This document shows, in pieces, positions 38,737 to 47,940 of a stretch of 64,000 nucleotides of DNA. Source of the stretch: Methanobacteriota archaeon. GTDB taxonomy: Archaea; Thermoplasmatota; Poseidoniia; Poseidoniales; Thalassarchaeaceae. The notes below the pieces were generated by a model. It did no database searches. It was not told the origin of the DNA and saw nothing but the letters and a program-made list of their open reading frames with translations. Location: positions 6,258-70,257 of the forward strand of contig PBZE01000050.1 in NCBI GenBank assembly GCA_002730095.1, in the 5' to 3' direction. The position numbers and the translations under genes are program-made. The number at the start of each line of letters is the position of its first letter. The first letter of the stretch is position 1.

Positions 38737-40281
38737 ATGAAGCGCATGGTTGCATTGGCTCTAGGGTCAATACTAATCTTCGCAATCCAACCTCAAATAT
38801 CGGGATTGGAACATCAAGAGGTCCAGTATTTTTCAGATAACCAAGATCCTCCCATAATCGGATTCAATGAAGACAATGGGGTATTTTTAGATCAAAACTC
38901 TACTGTATCAGGTTTTATTGTTGCAAGCAGCATTCCTGACTCATATGTGTGGCAAGTTTCAGAACTTTCACATTCCGGGGTGTTGTCCCCCCTCACTCTG
39001 CAAACTCCTTTGTACATCCAAGAAATATTTTCAAACCAAGACGACGGTATGACAAGATGGTCATGGAATATCTCCAATTTCTTTGAGTTTCCATTGCCCA
39101 GTGTCAGTACAGTTCTAAATTGCACATGCTACCTTTCTGTCACAGTAAATTCAGGAATACACGAATCTAGCAAATCCTTGCCTATATTTTTTGGCAATCC
39201 CGTTTCTCCTGCACTTATCTTAGACTCGCCATCAGACCAACACAGCCATACCGCGACATATTCCAATATAGTCGAGATTTCTGGTTGGGTTTCATCTCCC
39301 TCTGGATCCCCCGTCTTTACTTCTATTAATGTAATCAACGAGGAAACATCACCTAATACATGTTTGACATTACCAAATATTTCCAGTCCAATATCAAATT
39401 CAACGACTTCCGTTACGTTTTCATCGATGTTCAGTGGCCATTTTTCTGTGAGCATTGATGTCACGGAATTGGAAGATGGGTGGTATTCAGTCTGGGCCTC
39501 TATTCAATCTCCAGATATTCCAGGGGAAATCAAAAATATCTGCCTAGACTCCAGAATTGACAATTCAAATCCAGTGGCACTTTTAGAGGGGCCGCAACAA
39601 GTACAGGAGGGAGATGGCGATTTAATTTTTGATGCCGGGCAATCTTTTGATCCATACTGGGGCAAAGAGAATCTGAACTACATTTGGACCCTAATTAAAG
39701 TAGAAACGGCAGGTAGCTATCTTGTCGATAATTCTGAGGGTACTGAATCAAGTTTTTTTGTAGTCGATGATGCAATTTCAGGAGACTACAAACTATCACT
39801 CTTAGTTGTCGACGAAGAAGGAATGTCAAGTCAGATAGATTCCGAATTTTCAATCATTAATCAGCCACCACTAGCCAAACTTTCTATTTCGGGAGAGTCA
39901 CTCTCAGACGGGGATAAAATGGTGCTATCCGATTTATTGGAATGGGATTTAGATGCCTCACAATCACTCGATACTGGAAATGATATAGATGGACTTAGAT
40001 GTGTCTGGAAGATAAATTATAAGACAATTTACGAGGGTTGCGAAAGAAGCCTTCAATGGCCAGAAGGGGATGATAACGATTCTATTCTTCTAACCCTGGA
40101 TGTCATAGACGACGATGAAGAATTTTCTTCTATATCGGTAGAGCTATATCGTGCCAATTCCGAAAACCAAATACCATTTTCTGTAATCGTTCTAATTCTT
40201 TCTACACTATTTTTTATCAGTTCAGTAATCTATTCAAGAAGGAGAAATGAGGATATGGAGATCCCGAAGTGGAACGAATAA
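38737..40281 (+). CDS. Secreted PKD/Ig-like domain protein with C-terminal membrane anchor
   Basis: Signal peptide, FDAGQSFDP..LNYIW, LDASQSLD...W, LDVIDDD, C-terminal TM. Confidence 0.8.
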   Translation: MKRMVALALGSILIFAIQPQISGLEHQEVQYFSDNQDPPIIGFNEDNGVFLDQNSTVSGFIVASSIPDSYVWQVSELSHSGVLSPLTLQTPLYIQEIFSNQDDGMTRWSWNISNFFEFPLPSVSTVLNCTCYLSVTVNSGIHESSKSLPIFFGNPVSPALILDSPSDQHSHTATYSNIVEISGWVSSPSGSPVFTSINVINEETSPNTCLTLPNISSPISNSTTSVTFSSMFSGHFSVSIDVTELEDGWYSVWASIQSPDIPGEIKNICLDSRIDNSNPVALLEGPQQVQEGDGDLIFDAGQSFDPYWGKENLNYIWTLIKVETAGSYLVDNSEGTESSFFVVDDAISGDYKLSLLVVDEEGMSSQIDSEFSIINQPPLAKLSISGESLSDGDKMVLSDLLEWDLDASQSLDTGNDIDGLRCVWKINYKTIYEGCERSLQWPEGDDNDSILLTLDVIDDDEEFSSISVELYRANSENQIPFSVIVLILSTLFFISSVIYSRRRNEDMEIPKWNE

Positions 40282-40323
40282 ATACCCGATAATCACCCCC
40301 ACCCCTAAGTAGTTGTATGATAG

Positions 40324-41637
40324 GTGACAAACATGGCAGATACGGTGTTTGAACACAGTGAGTACCGAAGACGCCATGAAGAACTCATCCAGCAGCTTCC
40401 CCCAAATTCCCTAGTAATCATTCCAAATAATGTTCCAAAAACAAGATCTAATGATACTAAATATCCATTTAGGGCTAATTCATATCTTATGTATCTCTCT
40501 GGCTGGGAGGAGTCAAACTCCATACTGACAATAACAAAAATCTCCAATCAGACCACTATTACTCTATTCGTAAAGCCTAGAAATACTGAATCTGAGATAT
40601 GGGAGGGCAGGATAGTAGGCATTGAAGGAGCAAAAAATGGTTGGCCAATAGATAAGGCAGTTCCAATTTCGGATTTCGAATCAGTCTTATCGGATTCTTT
40701 TAAACAAATCTCTAATCTATTTCTGTTGAAGGACATAAATATGAAAATTGACTCAATAGTCAACGATCTTTGGGATGGTGATATTTCCGATCCATGTGTT
40801 TATCTGGATAAAATGAGGACAATCAAGTCTCCCGCTGAGATAGAACTCATGCAATCATCATCATCCATAGCCTGTGAAGCTCATATTTTAGCTATGTCAA
40901 TATCCAAGCCAAGAATCGGAGAGTGGGAGATTCAAGCCTCTATGGAAAACCACTTCACACGAAACAGGTCGGTAAACAGTTACAATCCAATTGTAGGAGG
41001 AGGGGATAATGCAACTATTCTGCATTACAGCTCTAATTCGAATCATATCGAAGATAATGAATTAGTATTGGTTGATGCGGGCTGTGAAATTAGCGGCTAT
41101 GCATCAGATATTACTAGGACGTGGCCAGTTAATGGGAAGTTCACAGAGCCGCAGAGAGAGATTTACGAATTAGTCTTAGAGGCACAGATTTCTGCCATTA
41201 AAGCCTGTCAACCAGGATCATCTTGGGAATCAATGCACAGAGCAGCATCTGAAGTGATTTCAAAGGGACTCATAGATTTAGGTGTTCTGAAATGCTCTCT
41301 CGAAGAAGCCCTTGGGAAAAATCTAGATGGTGAATTCAGAAAATTCTTCATGCATGGCACGGGTCACATGTTGGGCCTAGATGTTCATGACGTGGGAGGC
41401 GGAAGGCAAGGTGGAAATCCGGGACCGACTCTTTCCCCTGGCATGATTGTCACAGTTGAGCCCGGGCTATACTTTGCATCTTGGAGGGAAGATATAGAAA
41501 TTCCTGAGAAATATTCCGGAATCGGTGTAAGAATAGAAGACGATGTCCTGATCACTGAGAGCGGCCCACTAGTACTTACTGATGGATGCCCGAAGACAAT
41601 CGATGAAATAGAATCAATTGTCGGGAGTGCATTGTAA
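40324..41637 (+). CDS. pepP: Xaa-Pro aminopeptidase (M24B)
   Basis: RSND..YPFR, ILHY, DAGCE..GYASDITRTWP, HGTGHMLGLDVHD, TVEPGLY, GVRIEDD. Confidence 0.95.
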   Translation: MTNMADTVFEHSEYRRRHEELIQQLPPNSLVIIPNNVPKTRSNDTKYPFRANSYLMYLSGWEESNSILTITKISNQTTITLFVKPRNTESEIWEGRIVGIEGAKNGWPIDKAVPISDFESVLSDSFKQISNLFLLKDINMKIDSIVNDLWDGDISDPCVYLDKMRTIKSPAEIELMQSSSSIACEAHILAMSISKPRIGEWEIQASMENHFTRNRSVNSYNPIVGGGDNATILHYSSNSNHIEDNELVLVDAGCEISGYASDITRTWPVNGKFTEPQREIYELVLEAQISAIKACQPGSSWESMHRAASEVISKGLIDLGVLKCSLEEALGKNLDGEFRKFFMHGTGHMLGLDVHDVGGGRQGGNPGPTLSPGMIVTVEPGLYFASWREDIEIPEKYSGIGVRIEDDVLITESGPLVLTDGCPKTIDEIESIVGSAL

Positions 41638-42804
41638 ATGAGCGCTGATGATATCCTACAAGCTCAACTGGAAGATAATCCTCCTAGGATATCTGTTGAA
41701 GAGGCAATTGTACTATACGAGAATGCAAACCTAAGTGATTTGATGCATGTCGCTTCTGTCAGAAGATCGATTATTGTCCCGGGAAATGAGGTAACTTACC
41801 TAGTTGATAGAAATATTAACTACACAAATGCATGTACAATAAATTGTCAGTTCTGTTCATTCTACAGGCCACCAGAACATCCTGAAGCATATACCCAGAC
41901 ATTCGATGAAATAAGCTCACGAGTTTCTGAGCTCGAGGAAATAGGGGGCTCGAGGATATTGATGCAAGGTGGTGTTAATCCCGACTTACAATTATCTTGG
42001 TACACGGAATTAATATCAAAACTAAATCAAAAACATCCAAAGATTCACCTGGATTGCTTCTCTCCAATCGAAATTGAGGGAATAGCGGAAGTTTGCGGAA
42101 TATCAACTAGTCAGGTACTCAGGAAACTGAAAGATTCTGGTATGCACGGACTACCGGGTGGCGGTGCTGAGATGTTAGTTGATGATGTCAGACTAGACAT
42201 ATCGCCCAAGAAGGGTTCATCTGGAAATTGGATAAGGGTAATGCGTGAAGCTCAAGATCTCGATCTGATAACTTCCGCAACCAATGTAATCGGATTCGGT
42301 GAGACATACTCGGATAGAGTAATGCACATGAATCTGATTAGAAAGGCCCAAGACGAAGCTATCAATAGTGGAAATATGGGATTTACTTCCTTTATTTCAT
42401 GGCCAGTACAGTTGCAGAATAATGTATTCGGTGCACGAAACAAAGGCGCTAATAGAATCGAATTAGGAGCTTCATCTTCTGAATATCTAAGACATGTGGC
42501 CATCTCAAGGATTTTCTTCGACAATATTTCACACATTCAGGCTTCTTGGCCAACAATGGGGATGGAGGTTGCACAACTGGCTTTGTCCGCTGGCGCTGAT
42601 GATGCCGGATCTACTATGATGGAGGAAAATGTTGTATCTGCATCTGGTACAAATAAGACAATGGCCACAGAGAAAGAACTTCAAAGAATAATACTTAGAT
42701 CTGGATATAGGCCGAGGAAGAGAGACTCAGAATACAACCTACTCAATACCGAATTATTGGATGATACGCCTTTGTACTCCATCCCTCCACTACAAGGAAA
42801 CTAG
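41638..42804 (+). CDS. mqnC: CofH/MqnC family radical SAM enzyme, most likely dehypoxanthine futalosine cyclase
   Basis: VTYLVDRNINYTNAC.INCQFCSFY, ILMQGG, FSPIEI, PGGGAE, IQASW, MEENVVS. Confidence 0.82.
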   Translation: MSADDILQAQLEDNPPRISVEEAIVLYENANLSDLMHVASVRRSIIVPGNEVTYLVDRNINYTNACTINCQFCSFYRPPEHPEAYTQTFDEISSRVSELEEIGGSRILMQGGVNPDLQLSWYTELISKLNQKHPKIHLDCFSPIEIEGIAEVCGISTSQVLRKLKDSGMHGLPGGGAEMLVDDVRLDISPKKGSSGNWIRVMREAQDLDLITSATNVIGFGETYSDRVMHMNLIRKAQDEAINSGNMGFTSFISWPVQLQNNVFGARNKGANRIELGASSSEYLRHVAISRIFFDNISHIQASWPTMGMEVAQLALSAGADDAGSTMMEENVVSASGTNKTMATEKELQRIILRSGYRPRKRDSEYNLLNTELLDDTPLYSIPPLQGN

Positions 42805-43874
42805 GATTCTGATCGCCCGCTCCTTACTGGCAGATCTTCAAACCCTATTTCTGTTAATGGGAAATCTATTGTGATCGGTCTTACCCACTTCATCAAAGTA
42901 CCATCGTCCCTAACGGCCTCGATAACAATCTCCCAGTGAACTGCAATCATGGCCGAGTATATTGTTCCCGGCCATGGCTTTGATGGCCCTAACATCCTTA
43001 TTGGCAAATCCTTCACCTTTGTCCATTCGCCAAAATCTTGCACTCTCATAGGCTCGAGCAGAAGTAATCTACCTCTTCCCACTGTCATTGGCATAGACTC
43101 TCCAACACCAGTGCCATGTTCATCGGCCGTTGAAATCCTCCTTTCGGGTAATTCAGTAGACATTCCAGGTGAAGGCTGACCGAATCTTTTTCTTCCCATG
43201 GCGCTCAATAATGCTTCTCTTTCGGGTATTGCAACTCCAACTTGAACCCTAGCTCTTTTCGCCTCAATGCCCTTGGGCATTTTGATTTTTGTTAAATCTA
43301 CAAATTCAGTGCAGAGCTCCCCGATTTCAATTTCTGGATTAGTTAAGGGATTTGAAATATATTCATTCTGCCTCCTGATATCCTTGATATTAGCAAAAAC
43401 TCGTACAAGTATCGGAGTTACAAAAACTGGAAACGCAATCAATATCATCAATGGATAGTCTAGGGGGCCAATACTAATCGGTGTGAATAATAGATCTGGA
43501 ATAAATCCAATATTGATTAACGCCGGCTCAAGAGCATGCATTAACAATGCAACAACAAGGATTAGGACTCCTGGAAAAATCGTTTTTCTCGCAATTTTGT
43601 GCATAGGATCCGGTTCGATATACCAGCCATTTCTCGTTCTCATTAAGAATGGCAATGTCGCGTATGTTACTTCCTTAGTGATGATTGGAAGCCCTGCATC
43701 ATTCTCATTTTCAGCTCTCCATTCCAGTATCCATGATTTATCATTTCCAATTTTAAATTCAGGTGGAGGTGGGCTTTCCGACTCGAGTAAAACCTCCACT
43801 AGGGGTATCCCCTCCGGATCACTGTTCTCGTGATCAAACGGTGGATATCTTACTCTTTGAACTGACCTAAACAT
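42801..43874 (-). CDS. Hypothetical membrane protein (2 TM)
   Basis: 357-aa ORF, tightly packed downstream of the GGR gene. Confidence 0.7.
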   Translation of the reverse strand: MFRSVQRVRYPPFDHENSDPEGIPLVEVLLESESPPPPEFKIGNDKSWILEWRAENENDAGLPIITKEVTYATLPFLMRTRNGWYIEPDPMHKIARKTIFPGVLILVVALLMHALEPALINIGFIPDLLFTPISIGPLDYPLMILIAFPVFVTPILVRVFANIKDIRRQNEYISNPLTNPEIEIGELCTEFVDLTKIKMPKGIEAKRARVQVGVAIPEREALLSAMGRKRFGQPSPGMSTELPERRISTADEHGTGVGESMPMTVGRGRLLLLEPMRVQDFGEWTKVKDLPIRMLGPSKPWPGTIYSAMIAVHWEIVIEAVRDDGTLMKWVRPITIDFPLTEIGFEDLPVRSGRSES

Positions 43875-43875
43875 G

Positions 43876-45099
43876 TTAACTCCAAATTATCGCAGATGCA
43901 GCCTTGGTAGCAAGTGACCTGAATTCGGGCACTTCCTTCAGTAGCCTAATACCAAGTGGTATTGGATTATCTATCTCTCCAGATTCATTGATAATCTTGG
44001 TTACCTCGGGCCTAGACCAAACCATGAAAACTCTCTCTAGCTCTTCGTCACTGGCTTCGGTTAGGAAAGCATCTCTTAGTGCCCTAGCCCTATTCAATTT
44101 CTTCCTCAGAGGCTCTAGATTTTTAACAAGCGCCTTCATTTTTTCCTTTCCCAAAGTATCATTATTCATGTATGCAGACAATTTTGGTGCAAGTAAATCT
44201 ACCTGATCAAACCCTGTTCCTATGCCTCCTCCCGTAGTTGGCTTACAAGCCCCAGATGCATCCCCAAAGAGTGCCACTCTTTCTCCCAAGGGATATTTGA
44301 GTAATCCACTTGGAACGGGCCCACCAAATCTCCCAATGATATTACAATGTTCAAATCTACTCTTCCAAATAGATGAATTCATTAGATTATCTACTAACAT
44401 TTCACAGGATTTTCCCGATAACAAATCAGCTCTGCTCCACATGCCTATTCTTGTGGTTTCCCCCGAGGGAATAGCCCAAGCGAAGAAACCCGGCGCAATA
44501 TCGTTCCCAGTGAACATGTCCAACTGCCCCTCTGAACCATTGTATCCTGTTACTTCGACTTGATAACCAATCATCATCTCCTTGGGACGACCCATCTTCA
44601 TCTCCCTTCTTACCCAGGAATGAGCACCATCACAACCGCACACCAACGCACATCTAACCTGCATAATAGTCCCATTAACATCGACCGATAACTCTGCAAA
44701 ATTGTCTTCTATAACTATGTTAGTGGGTTTAGAATTTAGTATTATATTTGCACCCGATTCAACGGCTAAACGCACGACTCCCTCATCAAATTTTTTCCTA
44801 CAAACTGACCATGTTCGTACTCTTTCCGGTGAACCAATGTCTACAGTGGTTCCATTGGGACTGTTTATCCTAGCGCCCCAAATAGGCGTCAATACCGTGT
44901 CTTCCATGGGTACTCTTTCCATTGCCCCGGGATTAACAAGTCCCGCGCACTGGAAGGGCCTACCAATCTCCGAGTGTTCTTCTATAATTAGTACCGAATG
45001 GCCTAATTTTCTCATACTCCAGCCTAGATATCCCCCCACAGGCCCGGCTCCAATTATTACGACGTCGTAGTATTCGTCGAGTCTTGATTGGACACTCAT
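43876..45099 (-). CDS. Geranylgeranyl reductase family flavoprotein
   Basis: GAGPVG, IG.P.QCAGLV, CDGAHS, APGFFAW.IP, GDA...KPTTGGGI. Confidence 0.92.
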   Translation of the reverse strand: MSVQSRLDEYYDVVIIGAGPVGGYLGWSMRKLGHSVLIIEEHSEIGRPFQCAGLVNPGAMERVPMEDTVLTPIWGARINSPNGTTVDIGSPERVRTWSVCRKKFDEGVVRLAVESGANIILNSKPTNIVIEDNFAELSVDVNGTIMQVRCALVCGCDGAHSWVRREMKMGRPKEMMIGYQVEVTGYNGSEGQLDMFTGNDIAPGFFAWAIPSGETTRIGMWSRADLLSGKSCEMLVDNLMNSSIWKSRFEHCNIIGRFGGPVPSGLLKYPLGERVALFGDASGACKPTTGGGIGTGFDQVDLLAPKLSAYMNNDTLGKEKMKALVKNLEPLRKKLNRARALRDAFLTEASDEELERVFMVWSRPEVTKIINESGEIDNPIPLGIRLLKEVPEFRSLATKAASAIIWS

Positions 45100-47373
45100 T
45101 TAATTCCCCTTTTTGCGCCCGCCTTTCTTTCTCATGGCCTTGAGATTGGATATTATCTTACTCGCTTCAGATTTAGTTATGTCGGACTCATCTGCTAACT
45201 CGGCCATAGACAAAACGTCTCGCATAGGCAACCCCTGTTTCTCAGCCATGCTCTTAATGAGATCAATCTGTGGCTCTGAAGCTGGAAGCGACTCATTTGC
45301 CTCCTTCATGAGGCCAATTAATGTACTGGCTGTCCCATTCCTTCCTCCGGTAAGCTCAGAGTAATCATCCACATCAACCAATTTCAATGCCTCTTCATCG
45401 GACATTGTTGATTTCTCTATTAGAGACGTCAAGTAGCTAATTTGTTTCTCGCTGGGTTTTGGGCCGCCATTCTCACTTTCTTTTTCGATTAGAACCTCAA
45501 TTAGATCACTGGCCTCCTTGCCAGTAATTTCCGCAAGCTCCTTTCCTCCCATTAGATCCTTTCTTACGTCCTCTGGAAGGTGATTTATTCTATTTTCTAT
45601 AGCCCAAATTTGCTTTGGAGTGGGTTTGCTTCTTCTAATCTCCAATGCATTATCATGAGCTGTTTTGAATGATGCAGTGAATGAATTCCACATGTCAGAT
45701 CCTGAAATATCCCCCTCTTCTACCATATCCAGCTGCCTCTCCATATCTGCTGTAAATTCCGAAGAAAATAACTTATTTTCATCTTCCTGATCATTATAGA
45801 TGGGTGCCACCTCTGTCCACAGTACCATACCATTATCTGTGGGAGTCAAAGATCCATTCTCATTAGTTACGTACTTCCTGTCAGAAAGCTTCTGTACAGT
45901 ACTTACATAGGTAGAGGGCCTGCCTATTCCTGCATTTTTCATCTTCTTGACAATAGAGCTTTCCGTATACCTTCTCGGAGGTTTGGTTTCATCGGTTGTC
46001 ATCACAGGGTTATTCTCCATGCCATCTATTTCCCATATTGAATCCGCAGACATATCGAATTTTGGCTCACTAATCCTAGGTTCTGGAAGAAATTTCTCCG
46101 AGGCAGCTTCCCATCCTGCATGCACTCTCCATGATGCAGTGCCGGTGATGGACAATTCAGTTCCCATAACTCTACCAGAAATCTCCCTCCTCTCTCGGAC
46201 GGAATCTGACATCTGACTTGAAAGGAATCTGCTTCTAATGAGTGAATAAAGTCTGACTGTATCCATATCCGAGTCTTCGGGGGTTTCTAATTTTGGATCC
46301 GTTGGCCTTATTGCCTCGTGCGCATCTTGCACATTACTGGATCCCTTTTTCGCATCCGGCCCCAATGACCCTGGGCCTAGAAATTCTTGACCATAGTTTT
46401 CTAGAATTATCTCCTTTGCTGAATCCCGAGCCCCCGCACTGGTCCTAGTTGAGTCGGTCCTAATGTAAGTGATGAATCCCTTGTTGTATAAATCCGAGGC
46501 AATCTTACTAGTTTTTGACATTGACCATCCCAATGAGCTACTAGCAGACTGCAACATCGTATCAGTAGTAAATGGAGGAGGAGGTTTGCGGTTCGTCTTT
46601 CCCGGCTTAATTGACTCAACAGTAAATGACTTCGATTGATTCAAGGCCATATACGCCCCTTCAGCTAATGAGATATCGAATGTCCTATCAGAGAAGAATT
46701 TACCACTATCGTCCCTCCATGCATCCTCATCTGAGCTTCCATGAAATCTAAATTTGAATGTGTATCCATCGCTAATAGCATGTACACTGTGATATGGTAT
46801 TGGGACATGCGAGTTTCTTTCAATTTCCCTATCAACAATGTAGCCTAGTGTAGGCGTCTGAACTCTGCCCATTGACCTTAAATTCCAACTCTTTGCAAAT
46901 TTAGAACATCTAAATCCAACTAGTCTGTCCATGAATCTTCTAACCTTAGCGGCATCAACTAGGGAATAATCAACTTCTCTATGATTTTCAATAGCAACTC
47001 CAACTGCCTCCTTAGTGATTTCATTGAAGGTCACTCTCGTTACAAAGGGGAAATCTGAGAATATCTGTGCTAACCTCCAAGCAATGAACTCACCCTCCCT
47101 ATCGGGATCGGTCGCAATATACACTTCAGTAACATTATTTTTCTTCGATTTCGACAGAATTTTTGAAACAACCCTCTCTGCCCTATCTGTCCATTCCCAA
47201 GGGGGATCTGGTAGTTGTCCCTTTTCTGATGCCCACATTGCCTTGCTGCCTTGCTTACCAGAGCGTGGCAAGTCCTGTACGTGTCCGAAGCATGCTTCCA
47301 CTATCCACCCTTTACCTAGATATTTCTTTACCGTTTTACCCTTGGCACCTGATTCAAGTATCATTAGCTTCAC
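45100..47373 (-). CDS. topA: Type IA DNA topoisomerase I (bacterial-like) with novel C-terminal repeats
   Basis: TOPRIM ES.AK, ATDPDREGE, GRVQTP, catalytic ITYIRTDS, AHEAIRPT, GIGRPSTY. Confidence 0.95.
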   Translation of the reverse strand: MKLMILESGAKGKTVKKYLGKGWIVEACFGHVQDLPRSGKQGSKAMWASEKGQLPDPPWEWTDRAERVVSKILSKSKKNNVTEVYIATDPDREGEFIAWRLAQIFSDFPFVTRVTFNEITKEAVGVAIENHREVDYSLVDAAKVRRFMDRLVGFRCSKFAKSWNLRSMGRVQTPTLGYIVDREIERNSHVPIPYHSVHAISDGYTFKFRFHGSSDEDAWRDDSGKFFSDRTFDISLAEGAYMALNQSKSFTVESIKPGKTNRKPPPPFTTDTMLQSASSSLGWSMSKTSKIASDLYNKGFITYIRTDSTRTSAGARDSAKEIILENYGQEFLGPGSLGPDAKKGSSNVQDAHEAIRPTDPKLETPEDSDMDTVRLYSLIRSRFLSSQMSDSVRERREISGRVMGTELSITGTASWRVHAGWEAASEKFLPEPRISEPKFDMSADSIWEIDGMENNPVMTTDETKPPRRYTESSIVKKMKNAGIGRPSTYVSTVQKLSDRKYVTNENGSLTPTDNGMVLWTEVAPIYNDQEDENKLFSSEFTADMERQLDMVEEGDISGSDMWNSFTASFKTAHDNALEIRRSKPTPKQIWAIENRINHLPEDVRKDLMGGKELAEITGKEASDLIEVLIEKESENGGPKPSEKQISYLTSLIEKSTMSDEEALKLVDVDDYSELTGGRNGTASTLIGLMKEANESLPASEPQIDLIKSMAEKQGLPMRDVLSMAELADESDITKSEASKIISNLKAMRKKGGRKKGN

Positions 47374-47453
47374 AGTAGCACCTCGATAATACGTTGTTGA
47401 TGTTCATCCCTTGATATTCCCCGTATAAACATGAGTGATGGTGGAGCAGTACA

Positions 47454-47471
47454 ACGCGCACACGCGCGTGC
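47454..47471. other. Alternating purine-pyrimidine tract ACGCGCACACGCGCGTGC containing palindrome CACGCGCGTG, upstream of topA
   Basis: 18 bp of perfect R/Y alternation, read directly from the sequence. Confidence 0.7.
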
Positions 47472-47484
47472 CCACGCGAGGCCA

Positions 47485-47889
47485 TCAATATTTTCGAGCA
47501 GATTTTTCGTCCCATGGCCCTTCAGAGCCGGGACCTCCACATCCAACACATCCTGGATAGCCTGCAGATGCTAACTTCATCACCATAAGTGAGAAATCAT
47601 CCCAACAATGCCCTGTTTCAGACATGTCGGCCTTTATCCAGCAATATGATAAATCCGGCTCATCAATACCGATATGGAAATTTAGATCTTCATCGTTTGT
47701 GTATGATATATGTTCTCCACTGACAGATTCAATCTTCGGTGCAACAATCTTGGAAGGTACCAGATCTGATACCTTCAGAACCAATCCTTCTGCATCAGAA
47801 ATCCATTTTTGGGGAATGTATAGGGTGCCACCCTGGCATCGGAGTAGCCTTCTTGCCGCTTCTCTCAATGAGTCTGTATATGCGCCCAT
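47485..47889 (-). CDS. Hypothetical protein with C-terminal GYPGCVGCGG motif
   Basis: ORF fills the gap. ATG 47889 lies 28 nt from a TTGAAT box (alternative start 47895). Confidence 0.65.
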   Translation of the reverse strand: MGAYTDSLREAARRLLRCQGGTLYIPQKWISDAEGLVLKVSDLVPSKIVAPKIESVSGEHISYTNDEDLNFHIGIDEPDLSYCWIKADMSETGHCWDDFSLMVMKLASAGYPGCVGCGGPGSEGPWDEKSARKY

Positions 47890-47910
47890 GACCATGCGAC
47901 TATGCGCAAC

Positions 47911-47918
47911 TATTCAAG
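47911..47918. promoter_or_regulatory. Putative bidirectional TATA-like element TATTCAAG / CTTGAATA
   Basis: TTCAAG lies 28 nt before the pyrD ATG (+), and TTGAAT lies 28 nt before ATG 47889 (-). Confidence 0.55.
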
Positions 47919-47940
47919 AGTACTTTGCTATCGGACATGC

